Source: an uncultured bacterium (GTDB taxonomy: Bacteria > Hydrothermota > Hydrothermia > UBA1063 > CAJXJZ01). From it: 64,000 bases of DNA. The stretch spans positions 8,957-72,956 of the forward strand of contig CAJXJZ010000004.1 of NCBI GenBank assembly GCA_913055745.1. The letters run 5' to 3'. Position numbers and translations under genes: made by a program. The notes under the pieces were generated by a model. That model was not told the DNA's origin. It worked only from the letters and a program-made list of their open reading frames with translations, and ran no database searches. Shown here piece by piece: positions 39,101 through 49,119 of this stretch (within the stretch, counting starts at the first letter, position 1; each line of letters starts with the position of its first letter).

Positions 39101-41547
39101 TGCTTTTTTATGCAATGTTATTTGCTATTACTATTGAAAACCCCAGAATAATTCATGACACATTAAGCGCGCATTCTAAAAAGAATGAACAAACAGAGAG
39201 TAATTTCACGCTCTTGGGACAAAAGACCTTTGCTGCAAGTGGCACAGGAGAAAATGCCGATATATTCCAATCAACAAACATCACCATAAAAGGCAAAGCA
39301 AAGAATGGGTGGCAGGTAGATGGTCATCTTTTTGATAATGATATAAAACCACAGAACGATATATACACAGTGTCCCTCTCTGATGTCAATACCGCATACC
39401 TTATAGTACACAGAAAAAAAGACTCTATAGTCTTAGGTAGGTTCAATTTCTTAGGCAAAGGCATTGATGGCGCACTTTTAAAATATAACTTTGGGCATTT
39501 TACCTTCAAGGGCGCAGGGGGCAAGACAAGAGGGCTTCCTGGCGTATTTGATACAACCTTAACACCCCCCTACAATCTTCCCATACCCATAACATTAAAA
39601 GATGTAGATTACTTTACCATTGTAGATGGCACCTTCAGGGTCTTTGCAAATGGCGTAGCATTAAAAAAAGAGGAATATTCAGTAGATTATGAAAGACGCA
39701 TCCTTAAACTACATCTTAAGGATAACCCACCATATATCCATCTTCGGGCAGAGTTTGAATACCATTCAGTCATGGATAATCCCTTTATACATTCTACCAT
39801 GTTCGCATATAAGAACAAAAATATACAAGGTGAGGTCTCATGGTATTCAGAGGAACTTCCAACAAAACCCATGTATGATGAACAAGGTGGCATCTACCTT
39901 CAAAATGGCGGCGGAGATTACGAAAAAAAAGACAGTGTATTTTGCTATGTAGGCGATGGGAAAGGGCATTATAGGGTATTTTTCAGGCAGGATACCTTGG
40001 ATGGAAGTTATATATATGACGAGCGTGGATTTTATGTGTTTGTAGGAAAGGGTAAGGGAAACTATTCACCAATAGTAATAAAAGACCCACCGATGCTAAA
40101 GGATGTAAAACACGCGAGCATCAAATTGGGAAGACGCATCTATACAAAACTTTCCTATATGCAAACAGAGAATAAAACAACATTGGAAAATGGCACAAGC
40201 AAGGAACTAAGTGTGGGCTTATCTTTTGAAAGATTCAATATGGAAGCAGGTATGAGAGACATAAAAGGGAACCCTATCTACATAAATAGTTATTACGATC
40301 CAACAAAAAACCTTTATATGGACAAACCTGCTAATGAGAAATTTTTACATGTCGGAATAAGAAACACCAAGTGTTTTCTTGATTATGCCCTTTCATACAC
40401 AACAGGGCCAAACTGGTATTTAACATCCAGATTATACAATCTTTATCTAAAATCTCAAGGAGATACGGCATTAAATAATGCCATTTTAACATATAAAAAC
40501 AAAAACAGCAGTGTTTCATTGTTCAAAACACAAAGTAGTGTCATAGGGCTCAATGCAGTGCTTGATATGTTTAAAAATACCCATGTAAATGGCATGCTTT
40601 TTGAAGATTCTTTAAAACACAGACACCATATTTTAACCCTTATCCATGAAAACACAACAAAAGATGGAAAGATAACATTGAGATTTTCAAACCCTGACCA
40701 ATACCTTCTCTTTGACATATCCTCCTCTCTGTTTTTAAATAGATCCAGCCTTACATTATCCATGAAGAGGACATTGGATTTTGAAACAGTATTTATCACG
40801 CGATACATAAAAACAGATTATGGCAGTTTTGAATACGATAGCACTTTATCCAAAATGCTCCCTTCGGCGTTTGGAAACTATACAAGAATAATAACAAAAA
40901 ATCAGGGTGATGATATAGATTATGTAAATACTTACTCAGCAAGAGGTTACATACATAGAAAAACATGGAATATGGGTATCTATCTCTCACACGAAATACA
41001 GGGAGAAAATATAAAAAACAATATAAACCTCAACATAACCCATAATATGTTAAACAAAACCCTTCTTTCTGTAAATTATGAAACATTTAATTACAATATA
41101 CAGGACAAAAGTCAAACAAATGGCATACAAGAGGCATTAAAGATGTCTTTATTTAGAGAGAGGGCTATAAGCCCCTCTGTATTTTACGATTTCTGGAAAG
41201 ACCCTTTAAGTGGTATAGAAAAACAGAGAACAGGTATAGGCATAAATATAAAAAATAAAAAACTCAGGTTTCAAAGTGAACTATCTAAGGAGAAGAACAG
41301 CCTGATAAAAGGAAGATACTTTACATTAAAGGGCAATATGACCTTTGATATATTAAAAACCGAGATATCCCTCCTCTTTGGATATACATCGGCAGAGACC
41401 CAATACATAGGACTTGAAAAATATCTTGGTGTATCCCTAAAAAGAATATTCCCATTTGGCGAAATAAAGAACCTGTTCAGTGCTGACGCATATATCTCTT
41501 CCCAAAAAGAGGTGAGATGGAGGGCAACAAGTACCCTTTTGTTCTAA
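39097..41547 (+). CDS. Large putative outer-membrane beta-barrel protein
   Basis: Signal-like N-terminus, 'LKKEEYSVDYE..IL' motif, 'YVG.GKG.Y' twice, amphipathic strands, C-terminal Phe. Confidence 0.6.
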   Translation: MMLFYAMLFAITIENPRIIHDTLSAHSKKNEQTESNFTLLGQKTFAASGTGENADIFQSTNITIKGKAKNGWQVDGHLFDNDIKPQNDIYTVSLSDVNTAYLIVHRKKDSIVLGRFNFLGKGIDGALLKYNFGHFTFKGAGGKTRGLPGVFDTTLTPPYNLPIPITLKDVDYFTIVDGTFRVFANGVALKKEEYSVDYERRILKLHLKDNPPYIHLRAEFEYHSVMDNPFIHSTMFAYKNKNIQGEVSWYSEELPTKPMYDEQGGIYLQNGGGDYEKKDSVFCYVGDGKGHYRVFFRQDTLDGSYIYDERGFYVFVGKGKGNYSPIVIKDPPMLKDVKHASIKLGRRIYTKLSYMQTENKTTLENGTSKELSVGLSFERFNMEAGMRDIKGNPIYINSYYDPTKNLYMDKPANEKFLHVGIRNTKCFLDYALSYTTGPNWYLTSRLYNLYLKSQGDTALNNAILTYKNKNSSVSLFKTQSSVIGLNAVLDMFKNTHVNGMLFEDSLKHRHHILTLIHENTTKDGKITLRFSNPDQYLLFDISSSLFLNRSSLTLSMKRTLDFETVFITRYIKTDYGSFEYDSTLSKMLPSAFGNYTRIITKNQGDDIDYVNTYSARGYIHRKTWNMGIYLSHEIQGENIKNNINLNITHNMLNKTLLSVNYETFNYNIQDKSQTNGIQEALKMSLFRERAISPSVFYDFWKDPLSGIEKQRTGIGINIKNKKLRFQSELSKEKNSLIKGRYFTLKGNMTFDILKTEISLLFGYTSAETQYIGLEKYLGVSLKRIFPFGEIKNLFSADAYISSQKEVRWRATSTLLF

Positions 41548-42275
41548 GTCATACCTCCATCTATCACAATTACCTGACCTGTTATATACGATGCCTTATC
41601 TGAAACAAGAAAGGATACAAGATTTGCAACATCCTCTGGCCTACCAAACCGTTTAAGTGGAATCCTGGCAAGATAGTCGTTTTTTATCTTATCTGGCAAT
41701 TTATTGGTCATATCCGTTTCAATAAAACCCGGTGCAATAGCAAGAACCCTTATGCCTCTTGCGCCTACTTCCTTTGCAAGGGATTTCGTAAACCCAATTA
41801 TGCCCGCCTTTGATGCCGCATAGTTTGTCTGACCAGCATTTCCTGTTATACCAACAACCGATGACATATTAATAATAACACCCTTTCTCTTTTTAAGCAT
41901 AAAGGGAAGCACCAATGATGTCATCTTAAAGACGCCCAATAGGTTTACCTCAATAACCTTCCTATAATCCTCCTCTTTCATTCTCATAAACAGGGTGTCC
42001 TTTGTTATGCCAGCATTATTCACAAGAACAGATACCTCTTCTATGTTTTCCTTTAAAAACTCCTTAAAGGATGCAACATCCTCCTCTTTTGCCACATCCA
42101 TGGGAAAATACAGTGCCTTCTTGCCGGTTTGCTCTTCAATCTCTTCCTTAGATGTTTTCAACATCTCCTCATTCCTTGCCAAAAGCAACACATTATAACC
42201 ATCCTTTGCAAGGTAAAGTGCTATCTTTTTCCCAATACCCCTTGATGCACCTGTTATAATAGCAACATTTTCCAT
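41544..42275 (-). CDS. fabG: 3-oxoacyl-ACP reductase
   Basis: 'TGASRGIG', 'NNAGIT.D', 'SSVVG..GN.GQ.NYAASK', 'PGFIETDMT'. Confidence 0.96.
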   Translation of the reverse strand: MENVAIITGASRGIGKKIALYLAKDGYNVLLLARNEEMLKTSKEEIEEQTGKKALYFPMDVAKEEDVASFKEFLKENIEEVSVLVNNAGITKDTLFMRMKEEDYRKVIEVNLLGVFKMTSLVLPFMLKKRKGVIINMSSVVGITGNAGQTNYAASKAGIIGFTKSLAKEVGARGIRVLAIAPGFIETDMTNKLPDKIKNDYLARIPLKRFGRPEDVANLVSFLVSDKASYITGQVIVIDGGMT

Positions 42276-42424
42276 GCTCCTCTCCTTTTTGTTTGTATAT
42301 ATTATAAAAGAACCCCATCAAAGAACAAACCCTTTTGATTATTCAGATCTTCGACATACAGAGTATAAAATAAAAGCGATGTAAATCTTTAACCCTTTGT
42401 AGGTCAACATTACAATAATAAATA

Positions 42425-42453
42425 TTGACAATCGGGATACAACGGAGTATAAT
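42425..42453 (+). promoter_or_regulatory. Perfect-consensus sigma70 promoter
   Basis: TTGACA (42425-30), 17 nt spacer, TATAAT (42448-53); GGAGG at 42481-85 before ATG 42491. Confidence 0.85.
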
Positions 42454-42490
42454 TTAGATATTGATTAGGGGATGAAAAAAGGAGGTCTTT

Positions 42491-44737
42491 ATGCGATATT
42501 TTATAATTATATGCTCGTTGGTGGCTTTTACGACAGTGAGGCTTAATGCTGCCCGTTTTTTATTTGACTATACAAAGGACGAGACAGCAGGCAATGCCGA
42601 CTGGATTATAGACAGCCAATATCCTTACCCTCAACCATCAAACCCAACATCTCCAACAGATTGGGATAGAGCCCTATCATCATGGGGGTATGCTCTCTAT
42701 ACAATGGGTCATGAGGTCGTAACACTGCCTCCTGACAGTGCAATATCCTATGGCACAAATCATGACTTAGATCTTTCAAACTTTGATGTGTTCGTCATGG
42801 TTGAGCCACAAAACCCGTTATCTCAAAGTGAGGTACAGGCAATTGTGAACTTTGTACAAAATGGTGGTGGATTTTTGATGGTTTCAGACCACAATGGGTC
42901 AGATAGAAATAACAATAATTGGGACTCTCCAAGGGTTTTGAATGATGCATTTGAGGATGTCTTTGGGGTGCATTTTGATACAACTGGAGAGTCCAACAAT
43001 TCTATAAGTGACACATTGACAAATGTGAGCACTGACCCTAATGATTCTATAATACAGGGAGCTGTTGGAACAGTTGATACCTTTGGATACTGGGGTGGCG
43101 ATGTATGTGTCCTAAGGACAAGTATAAATTCATCTCTTAAAGGACATATATGGAAAAATGGCGTAGCGCAGGATACAACCGATGTTATTGTTTTTACAGG
43201 AACTTATGGGAATGGGAAAATAGGAGGTTTTGGGGACTCTTCGCCATGTGACGATGGAACAGGAGACCCATCAGATAACCTCCATAGTAACTGGTATGAT
43301 TATCAAGACTCAACCCTTATTCTTAATTTGTGCCTCTGGCTTGCGCATACACAAACACCTAATACTCCACCATCCATAGACACTGTGATACAGACACCTT
43401 CTGTGGTAATGGACACCGATACAGTGAATATAAAGGCTTGTATAACAGATGACCATGCCGTAAACACAGATTCTCTATACTATGCTATAAACAGTGGCAC
43501 ATATACAGCAATACCTCATTATGTAAGGAGTAATGACACATCATATTTCAAGATAGACCCACAGAACTATGATGATACTGTTTTTTATTATGTGATTGCC
43601 ATAGATGATTCGGGTGCAAGGACGGTATCAGATACCTTCTCTTATACTGTTAAAAATCATAGGGCAAACAATCCTCCACAAATAGATAATTTATGGCATG
43701 AACCTGCCTCACCCACTGATACAGACACTGCAATAGTATATGCCATTATAACAGACGACCATGCAATAAGCACAGACTCTTTGTATGTATCTTTAAACAA
43801 TGGCTCATATTCGCCTTACTATCATGACACCATGTATAATGATACCTTCAAATATACCATAGGAACATATTCAGAAGGCACTAATGTATCTTATTATGTC
43901 GTTGCCATAGATGATTCGGGCGCAAGGACGGTATCAGATACCCTATCCTATACGGTTCAAAGTTCGCATAATCAACTTGATGCTGGCGTTGTAATCAATG
44001 AGATCATGTACAACCCCTCTACATCATGGGGCGACGATGCGTATTTTGAATACACTGAGGTATGGAATGCCACGCCTGATACCATAGATATGACAGGATG
44101 GTATTTAATGGACAATACACGAAATAAGGTAGCACATGTGCCAGATGGAACAAAGGTGCCACCGTATTATTTTGTTGTATTTGCAAGAAATGTAGATTCT
44201 CTTTTATCAAAAACAGAATATCAGCCCTATCTAACAAACGGCAATGAGATTCTTATAAATATCGCAGATAGCGTTTATCTGTCAAATGGTGGAGAATGGG
44301 TAAAACTCGTTGATAACAACGGCAATACGGTAGATAGCGTATCATACGATGATTCTTCACCCTGGCCTACTGCACCTGACGGCAATGGGCCTTCACTTGA
44401 ATTAAAAGATCCAAACATAGATAACAATGACCCATCTAATTGGGCAGCATCAGGCTCTACAAAGACGGCTGATTATGGAACGCCAGGTGATACGAACTCC
44501 GTATATGTTGCAACATATGTAAAAGAGCATTCAAGAAGAAAAAAGGCATTTAAAAACAGGGTTATTATTATGAATATGAAGGCATTCTCTCAAAGATATA
44601 TGGAAAATGCAAAGTATGATGTTTATGACATAAAGGGACAGAGAATAAAAAATAAAGCATTATTAAGAAAGGGAGCATATTTTGTTGTGCCTTTGAACAA
44701 TAAAACATCCATAATGAGGTTTCTCATAATGAATTGA
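42491..44737 (+). CDS. Secreted multidomain protein: GATase-like/DUF4350-type N-domain, two Ig-like repeats, lamin-tail domain, T9SS-like C-terminal domain
   Basis: Signal peptide; 'ETAGNADW', 'GGGFLMVSDHNGSDRN', 'GDSSP.DDGT'; LTD 'VVINEIMYNP...EYTEVWN...LSNGGE...GTPG'; CTD 'VYDIKGQ...KGAYFV'. Confidence 0.8.
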   Translation: MRYFIIICSLVAFTTVRLNAARFLFDYTKDETAGNADWIIDSQYPYPQPSNPTSPTDWDRALSSWGYALYTMGHEVVTLPPDSAISYGTNHDLDLSNFDVFVMVEPQNPLSQSEVQAIVNFVQNGGGFLMVSDHNGSDRNNNNWDSPRVLNDAFEDVFGVHFDTTGESNNSISDTLTNVSTDPNDSIIQGAVGTVDTFGYWGGDVCVLRTSINSSLKGHIWKNGVAQDTTDVIVFTGTYGNGKIGGFGDSSPCDDGTGDPSDNLHSNWYDYQDSTLILNLCLWLAHTQTPNTPPSIDTVIQTPSVVMDTDTVNIKACITDDHAVNTDSLYYAINSGTYTAIPHYVRSNDTSYFKIDPQNYDDTVFYYVIAIDDSGARTVSDTFSYTVKNHRANNPPQIDNLWHEPASPTDTDTAIVYAIITDDHAISTDSLYVSLNNGSYSPYYHDTMYNDTFKYTIGTYSEGTNVSYYVVAIDDSGARTVSDTLSYTVQSSHNQLDAGVVINEIMYNPSTSWGDDAYFEYTEVWNATPDTIDMTGWYLMDNTRNKVAHVPDGTKVPPYYFVVFARNVDSLLSKTEYQPYLTNGNEILINIADSVYLSNGGEWVKLVDNNGNTVDSVSYDDSSPWPTAPDGNGPSLELKDPNIDNNDPSNWAASGSTKTADYGTPGDTNSVYVATYVKEHSRRKKAFKNRVIIMNMKAFSQRYMENAKYDVYDIKGQRIKNKALLRKGAYFVVPLNNKTSIMRFLIMN
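43596..43942 (+). repeat. 41-bp direct repeat inside a ~102-aa domain duplication
   Basis: TTGCCATAGATGATTCGGG(T/C)GCAAGGACGGTATCAGATACC at 43596-43636 and 43902-43942, one mismatch, 306 nt apart. Confidence 0.85.
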
Positions 44738-44761
44738 AAGACGCCACTTTTAGCGTATAAT
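44734..44761 (+). promoter_or_regulatory. Putative leaderless promoter of trmFO
   Basis: TTGAAA-16nt-TATAAT, 8 nt before the ATG; no SD. Confidence 0.55.
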
Positions 44762-44769
44762 AAGACCCT

Positions 44770-46074
44770 ATGCAAAGGGTTTTTATCATAGGTGGTGGTC
44801 TTGCTGGCTCTGAGGCGGCACTCCAACTTGCAGAAAGGGGCATAAAGGTCTCGCTGTACGAACAGAGGCCTGTTTATAAGACACCTGTTCATAAAACCGG
44901 TAATTTTGCAGAACTCGTTTGTAGCAATTCGTTAAAATCCACAGAAGATACCAATGCCCATGGCCTTTTAAAAAAAGAACTTTCAATACTTGGGTCTATT
45001 CTACTTGATATTGCTGAGAAAAATCGTATATCTTACGGTAAATCATTGGTCGTTGACAGAGAGGGCTTTTCAAGGGATATAACCTTAAACATCAATATGC
45101 ACCCTATGATTGATGTTATAAGGGAAAGAATAGATGATATACCTCGAGATGTGCCTCTTTTAATATCTTCAGGTCCTCTTACAGATGGCAAACTTGCGCA
45201 GAACATAAAAGAACTCGTAGGCTCGGATTTTTTGCATTTTTATGATGCTATATCTCCAATTGTTGATGCAGATTCGCTAAATATGGATATTTTATATTTC
45301 AAAGATAGGCACAATATAGACAATGATGCATATCTTAATGCACCTATGACCGAAAAGGAGTATGAGCGTTTTTACAAGTTCATTGTTAATGCAGAATCAT
45401 TTAAAGGACATGAATTTGATAAAGTTCCGTATTTTGAAGGGTGTCTTCCTATTGAGGAGATGGCTAAAAGGGGATATCTCACACTTGTATATGGTCCTCT
45501 TTCTCCAAAAGGCCTTGAACATCCAGAGACAGGTAAAAGGCCCTTTGCCGTCGTGCAACTTAGAGCAGAAAACAAAGAAAAAACCATGTACTCACTTGTT
45601 GGTTTCCAAACAAGATTGAAAAGAAAGGAACAGGAAAAACTTATAAGACTTATACCAGGGCTCTCTGATGCGAAGATATTAAGATATGGGCAGATACATA
45701 GAAATACCTTCATAAACGCACCTTCGGTTCTTACGCGTTTTTTAAATCTTAAAAAACACCCAAATATCTTTTTTGCAGGTCAACTATCAGGCACAGAGGG
45801 GTATGTAGAGGCGATAATGGGAGGCCTTATCTCGGCAATCAATATATATAGACTCTTAAAAGGGAAGGATCTCATACCTGTACCTGAAAATACAATGAGT
45901 GGTGCACTTTTATCGTATATTTCTAATAGCAATCTTAAATCTTTTCAACCCATGAATGCAAATATGGGGCTTTTATCCAACATACCGAAGGGTATAAAAG
46001 GCATGAAAAGACGCATCTATAAAAAAGAACGCGCCATAAAGGAGATTACTGAGTGGAAGAACAGGGTATTATAA
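44770..46074 (+). CDS. trmFO: Folate/FAD-dependent tRNA m5U54 methyltransferase
   Basis: 'GGGLAGSEAA', 'ELVCSNS', 'YFEGCLPIE', 'VVQLR.E', 'VGFQT.L', 'HRNTF', 'FAGQ.SG.EGYVE', 'FQPMNAN'. Confidence 0.96.
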   Translation: MQRVFIIGGGLAGSEAALQLAERGIKVSLYEQRPVYKTPVHKTGNFAELVCSNSLKSTEDTNAHGLLKKELSILGSILLDIAEKNRISYGKSLVVDREGFSRDITLNINMHPMIDVIRERIDDIPRDVPLLISSGPLTDGKLAQNIKELVGSDFLHFYDAISPIVDADSLNMDILYFKDRHNIDNDAYLNAPMTEKEYERFYKFIVNAESFKGHEFDKVPYFEGCLPIEEMAKRGYLTLVYGPLSPKGLEHPETGKRPFAVVQLRAENKEKTMYSLVGFQTRLKRKEQEKLIRLIPGLSDAKILRYGQIHRNTFINAPSVLTRFLNLKKHPNIFFAGQLSGTEGYVEAIMGGLISAINIYRLLKGKDLIPVPENTMSGALLSYISNSNLKSFQPMNANMGLLSNIPKGIKGMKRRIYKKERAIKEITEWKNRVL

Positions 46075-46931
46075 AGGATTTTCTTACATACCTTGAGAGA
46101 GAGCGTAATTATTCAAAGAACACGATTTTGGCATACGAAAGAGACCTTAAGCAGTTTTCAGAGTTTTGTTCTCATACCCTTGGGAAAAATGATCTACTCA
46201 AGGTTCAAAGGGAAGATATACGGCATTTTGTGGAGTATCTTTTAAGGTACAGTGTAAAACCAAGAAGTGTTGGAAGGAAACTATCTACAATAAGGAGTTT
46301 TTATAGATATTGTATAAATAATGGTTTTTTGGATAGGTTCCCTCCAGAAGGTATAAAAAACCCAAAGACACCTCGCAAACTACCTGATGTATTGTCTATT
46401 AAACAGATAAATAAAATATTGGATGATTGGACGCCAAAAAATATCCAGGATGTAAGAAATAAACTCATTGTGGAACTTTTTTACGCTACAGGGGTAAGGG
46501 TTTCAGAACTATGTGATATAACCTTAGATGATATTGATTTTAATGAAAGAACCATCAGGATTCTTGGTAAAGGGAAAAAGGAAAGGATTGTTCTTTTCGG
46601 CAAAAAGACCCTTGAAAATATTAAAAAATACTTAAGTACGAGAAAAGACAATACAAAATACCTGTTTATTTCAAATAGAAAGAAGAAACTATCAAGGCGA
46701 GAGGTATGGTACATCATAAATACTACATTTGAAAAAATTGCACTTAAGTTTGGTGTGCATCCTCACACATTAAGACACTCATTTGCTACACATCTTTTAG
46801 AGCGAGGCGCTGATATAAGGGTTATACAGGAACTTTTGGGCCACTCCTCTATAAGCACGACCAGTATCTATACCAATACATCCTTCAAAGAGATTATGAA
46901 AAAATACAAAAACACACATCCAAGGGCATAG
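46053..46931 (+). CDS. xerC: Tyrosine recombinase XerC/XerD
   Basis: 'G.RVSE', 'GKGKKER', 'HPHTLRHSFATHLL..GAD', 'LLGH', catalytic Tyr; follows trmFO. Confidence 0.85.
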   Translation: MEEQGIIKDFLTYLERERNYSKNTILAYERDLKQFSEFCSHTLGKNDLLKVQREDIRHFVEYLLRYSVKPRSVGRKLSTIRSFYRYCINNGFLDRFPPEGIKNPKTPRKLPDVLSIKQINKILDDWTPKNIQDVRNKLIVELFYATGVRVSELCDITLDDIDFNERTIRILGKGKKERIVLFGKKTLENIKKYLSTRKDNTKYLFISNRKKKLSRREVWYIINTTFEKIALKFGVHPHTLRHSFATHLLERGADIRVIQELLGHSSISTTSIYTNTSFKEIMKKYKNTHPRA

Positions 46932-46932
46932 T

Positions 46933-47922
46933 ATGGCAAAAAAGAAACGCATTATAAGGATTGGTGGATTTTTGATAAGCGGTATATTTCTTTTTCTTAC
47001 ATTAAAGGAAATTAATTTTCATAAAGTGTGGGAAACGTTAAAAAATCTTAATCTATATTTTACATTCTGGGGGGTTGTGTTATTTCTTCTTGCCAATGTA
47101 ATTCGTGGTTATAGATGGAAACTCATGTTAAAGCCTGTAAAGGATGTATCCGCTCTATCATGTATAGCAGCCGTGTTTATGGACATTTTAGGTAACAATA
47201 TCCTACCTGCCAGGCTTGGAGACCTATGGCGTTCAGTTGCCGTGAAACATAAAGAAAACCTGCCTATTACAACAGCACTCAGTTCACTTGTAGTGGAAAG
47301 GATATTGGATGGCCTGGTCATACTACTTGGTGCTTTTGCAGGACGCTGGATTTTTACGAAAGTCCCTTCATCTATGAAACAGGCTATCATGTATCTTACT
47401 ATGGGGTTATTGGCAATAATACTGATATTTTCAATTATTTATGCGATACATGAGCATAGATATAAAAACTCTAATTCTAAGATAGCCCTGCAGGTTAAAA
47501 AGGTGGTATCTGCATTGAGGTTTTTGGGTAATGTGCGCAATACAGTTTTTATTGTGCTACTTTCTATACTTTCATGGACTGTTGAGTTTTACAGTTATTT
47601 CTATTTTTTAAGGGCAATAGGTTATCACGGTCATATGTCTCTTGCCCTATTTGTAATGGTTGCAGTTAATATCGGCGTCTCAATCCCATCAGGACCTGGA
47701 TTTTTTGGTGTATTTGAATACTCAACACTACTTGCATTCTATGCCTATTCCCTGCCAAAGGAATTGGGACTCACCTACGCTTTTATAACCCATGCTCTAA
47801 GATATATCTTTGGAAGTCTTGTAGGCTTTATATTGGGTTCAAGATGGTATCTTTTCCCATCAAAGGAGGAAGAAGAAGAGATAGAGGAACTAAACCTAAA
47901 AGAAAACGGGGATATAAATTAA
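46933..47922 (+). CDS. Lysylphosphatidylglycerol synthase TM-domain / flippase-like membrane protein
   Basis: 'RGYRW', 'NNILPARLGD', 'VERILD', 'IPSGPGFFGVFE'. Confidence 0.87.
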   Translation: MAKKKRIIRIGGFLISGIFLFLTLKEINFHKVWETLKNLNLYFTFWGVVLFLLANVIRGYRWKLMLKPVKDVSALSCIAAVFMDILGNNILPARLGDLWRSVAVKHKENLPITTALSSLVVERILDGLVILLGAFAGRWIFTKVPSSMKQAIMYLTMGLLAIILIFSIIYAIHEHRYKNSNSKIALQVKKVVSALRFLGNVRNTVFIVLLSILSWTVEFYSYFYFLRAIGYHGHMSLALFVMVAVNIGVSIPSGPGFFGVFEYSTLLAFYAYSLPKELGLTYAFITHALRYIFGSLVGFILGSRWYLFPSKEEEEEIEELNLKENGDIN

Positions 47923-49106
47923 GTCTTATACCTACCAAGCAAACCTATGTACAATTGCTCCATTCTATCTACAATACGCTTCCACGAATAATTGTTTTTT
48001 ACATGTTCCTGCCCTTTTCTTACGAGTTCTCCGGCCATTTCTGGGTTTTCCAATAATAACATTATCTTTTCAGCAAGTTCCTCATGGTCTCCGGGGTTAA
48101 ATAAAAGGCCTGTTTTTTTATCCTTTATTACATCAGGTATTCCACCAAGATTTGAGGCCACAACAGGTAATCCATAGGAAAGTGCTTCTATTGTCACAAC
48201 ACCTAAGGTCTCTGTCTGCCCTATTTTATCCCTCTTGGAAGGCAAGACAAACACTGAGGCGTTTAAATACTCCCTTTTGAGTTCTTCCCCTGTTTTATAA
48301 CCTGTTAAGGTAACAGGTATGCCAAGTTCATCAGAAAGCGTTACTATCTCTTCCTTCAAAGGCCCATCTCCAACTATCCGAAGTTCTACATCAGGGTGCA
48401 TCTTCTTAATAATTTTAAACGCCCGAAGTAGTACATCAATGCCTTTTACCTCAATAAGCCTACCCACAAATAGAATGGTCTTTTTGTTTTTCTTTTTAAA
48501 GGGATACATCGTAGCATCAGCATGGGGATTTCCAAAGGGCACTATTTCAATGGGCACTTCTAAGCCAATATCTTCTGCAACGCGTTTTGTATATGAGGAA
48601 TTTACCGTTATAAGGTCCGCCTTGTTCATCATGTATATGAACGTCTTTTTTAAGGGAGCAGGAAGTTTCTTCAAAAAGTTCAATTCACCTCCATGGATAT
48701 AAAGGAGCATAGGTACCTTCCATCTACGCTTCATCGGAAGACCAAATACGATATGTGGAACAGGCCAATGAACATGGATAATATCGTGCTTTGGTTTAAA
48801 TATAAGGGCATTTATAAGACCTGATAAGATATACGGCAAAACAAGGAGTTTGTATTTTATACCTTGCTTTAACCTTTCAGGAACAGCCATGTCATGCGTA
48901 AGATCTTCAATACCTTTTGGTGCATATCTAAATCTATAGACCAAAACCCCATTCATAACCTGGGTTTCAAGACCCTTGTATGAAGAGGTGAAGACAGAAA
49001 CATCATGCCCTTTCTTTAAAAAATTTGTAAGGAGTTTAACAATCCATGGGGAGACAACATCATGTTCATTTCTGGGATAAGCAGTCATTATATGAAGAAT
49101 TTTCAT
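47919..49106 (-). CDS. Glycosyltransferase family 4
   Basis: 'HVHWP', 'FVGRLIEVKG', 'ETLGVVTIEALSYGLPVVAS..GGIPD'. Confidence 0.92.
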   Translation of the reverse strand: MKILHIMTAYPRNEHDVVSPWIVKLLTNFLKKGHDVSVFTSSYKGLETQVMNGVLVYRFRYAPKGIEDLTHDMAVPERLKQGIKYKLLVLPYILSGLINALIFKPKHDIIHVHWPVPHIVFGLPMKRRWKVPMLLYIHGGELNFLKKLPAPLKKTFIYMMNKADLITVNSSYTKRVAEDIGLEVPIEIVPFGNPHADATMYPFKKKNKKTILFVGRLIEVKGIDVLLRAFKIIKKMHPDVELRIVGDGPLKEEIVTLSDELGIPVTLTGYKTGEELKREYLNASVFVLPSKRDKIGQTETLGVVTIEALSYGLPVVASNLGGIPDVIKDKKTGLLFNPGDHEELAEKIMLLLENPEMAGELVRKGQEHVKNNYSWKRIVDRMEQLYIGLLGRYKT

Positions 49107-49119
49107 TCTAATATATTAA

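Noticed and set aside
46053-46931. Tyrosine recombinase as a mobile-element integrase
   Set aside because: Size, motifs and trmFO adjacency fit chromosomal XerC; no att sites or cargo genes.
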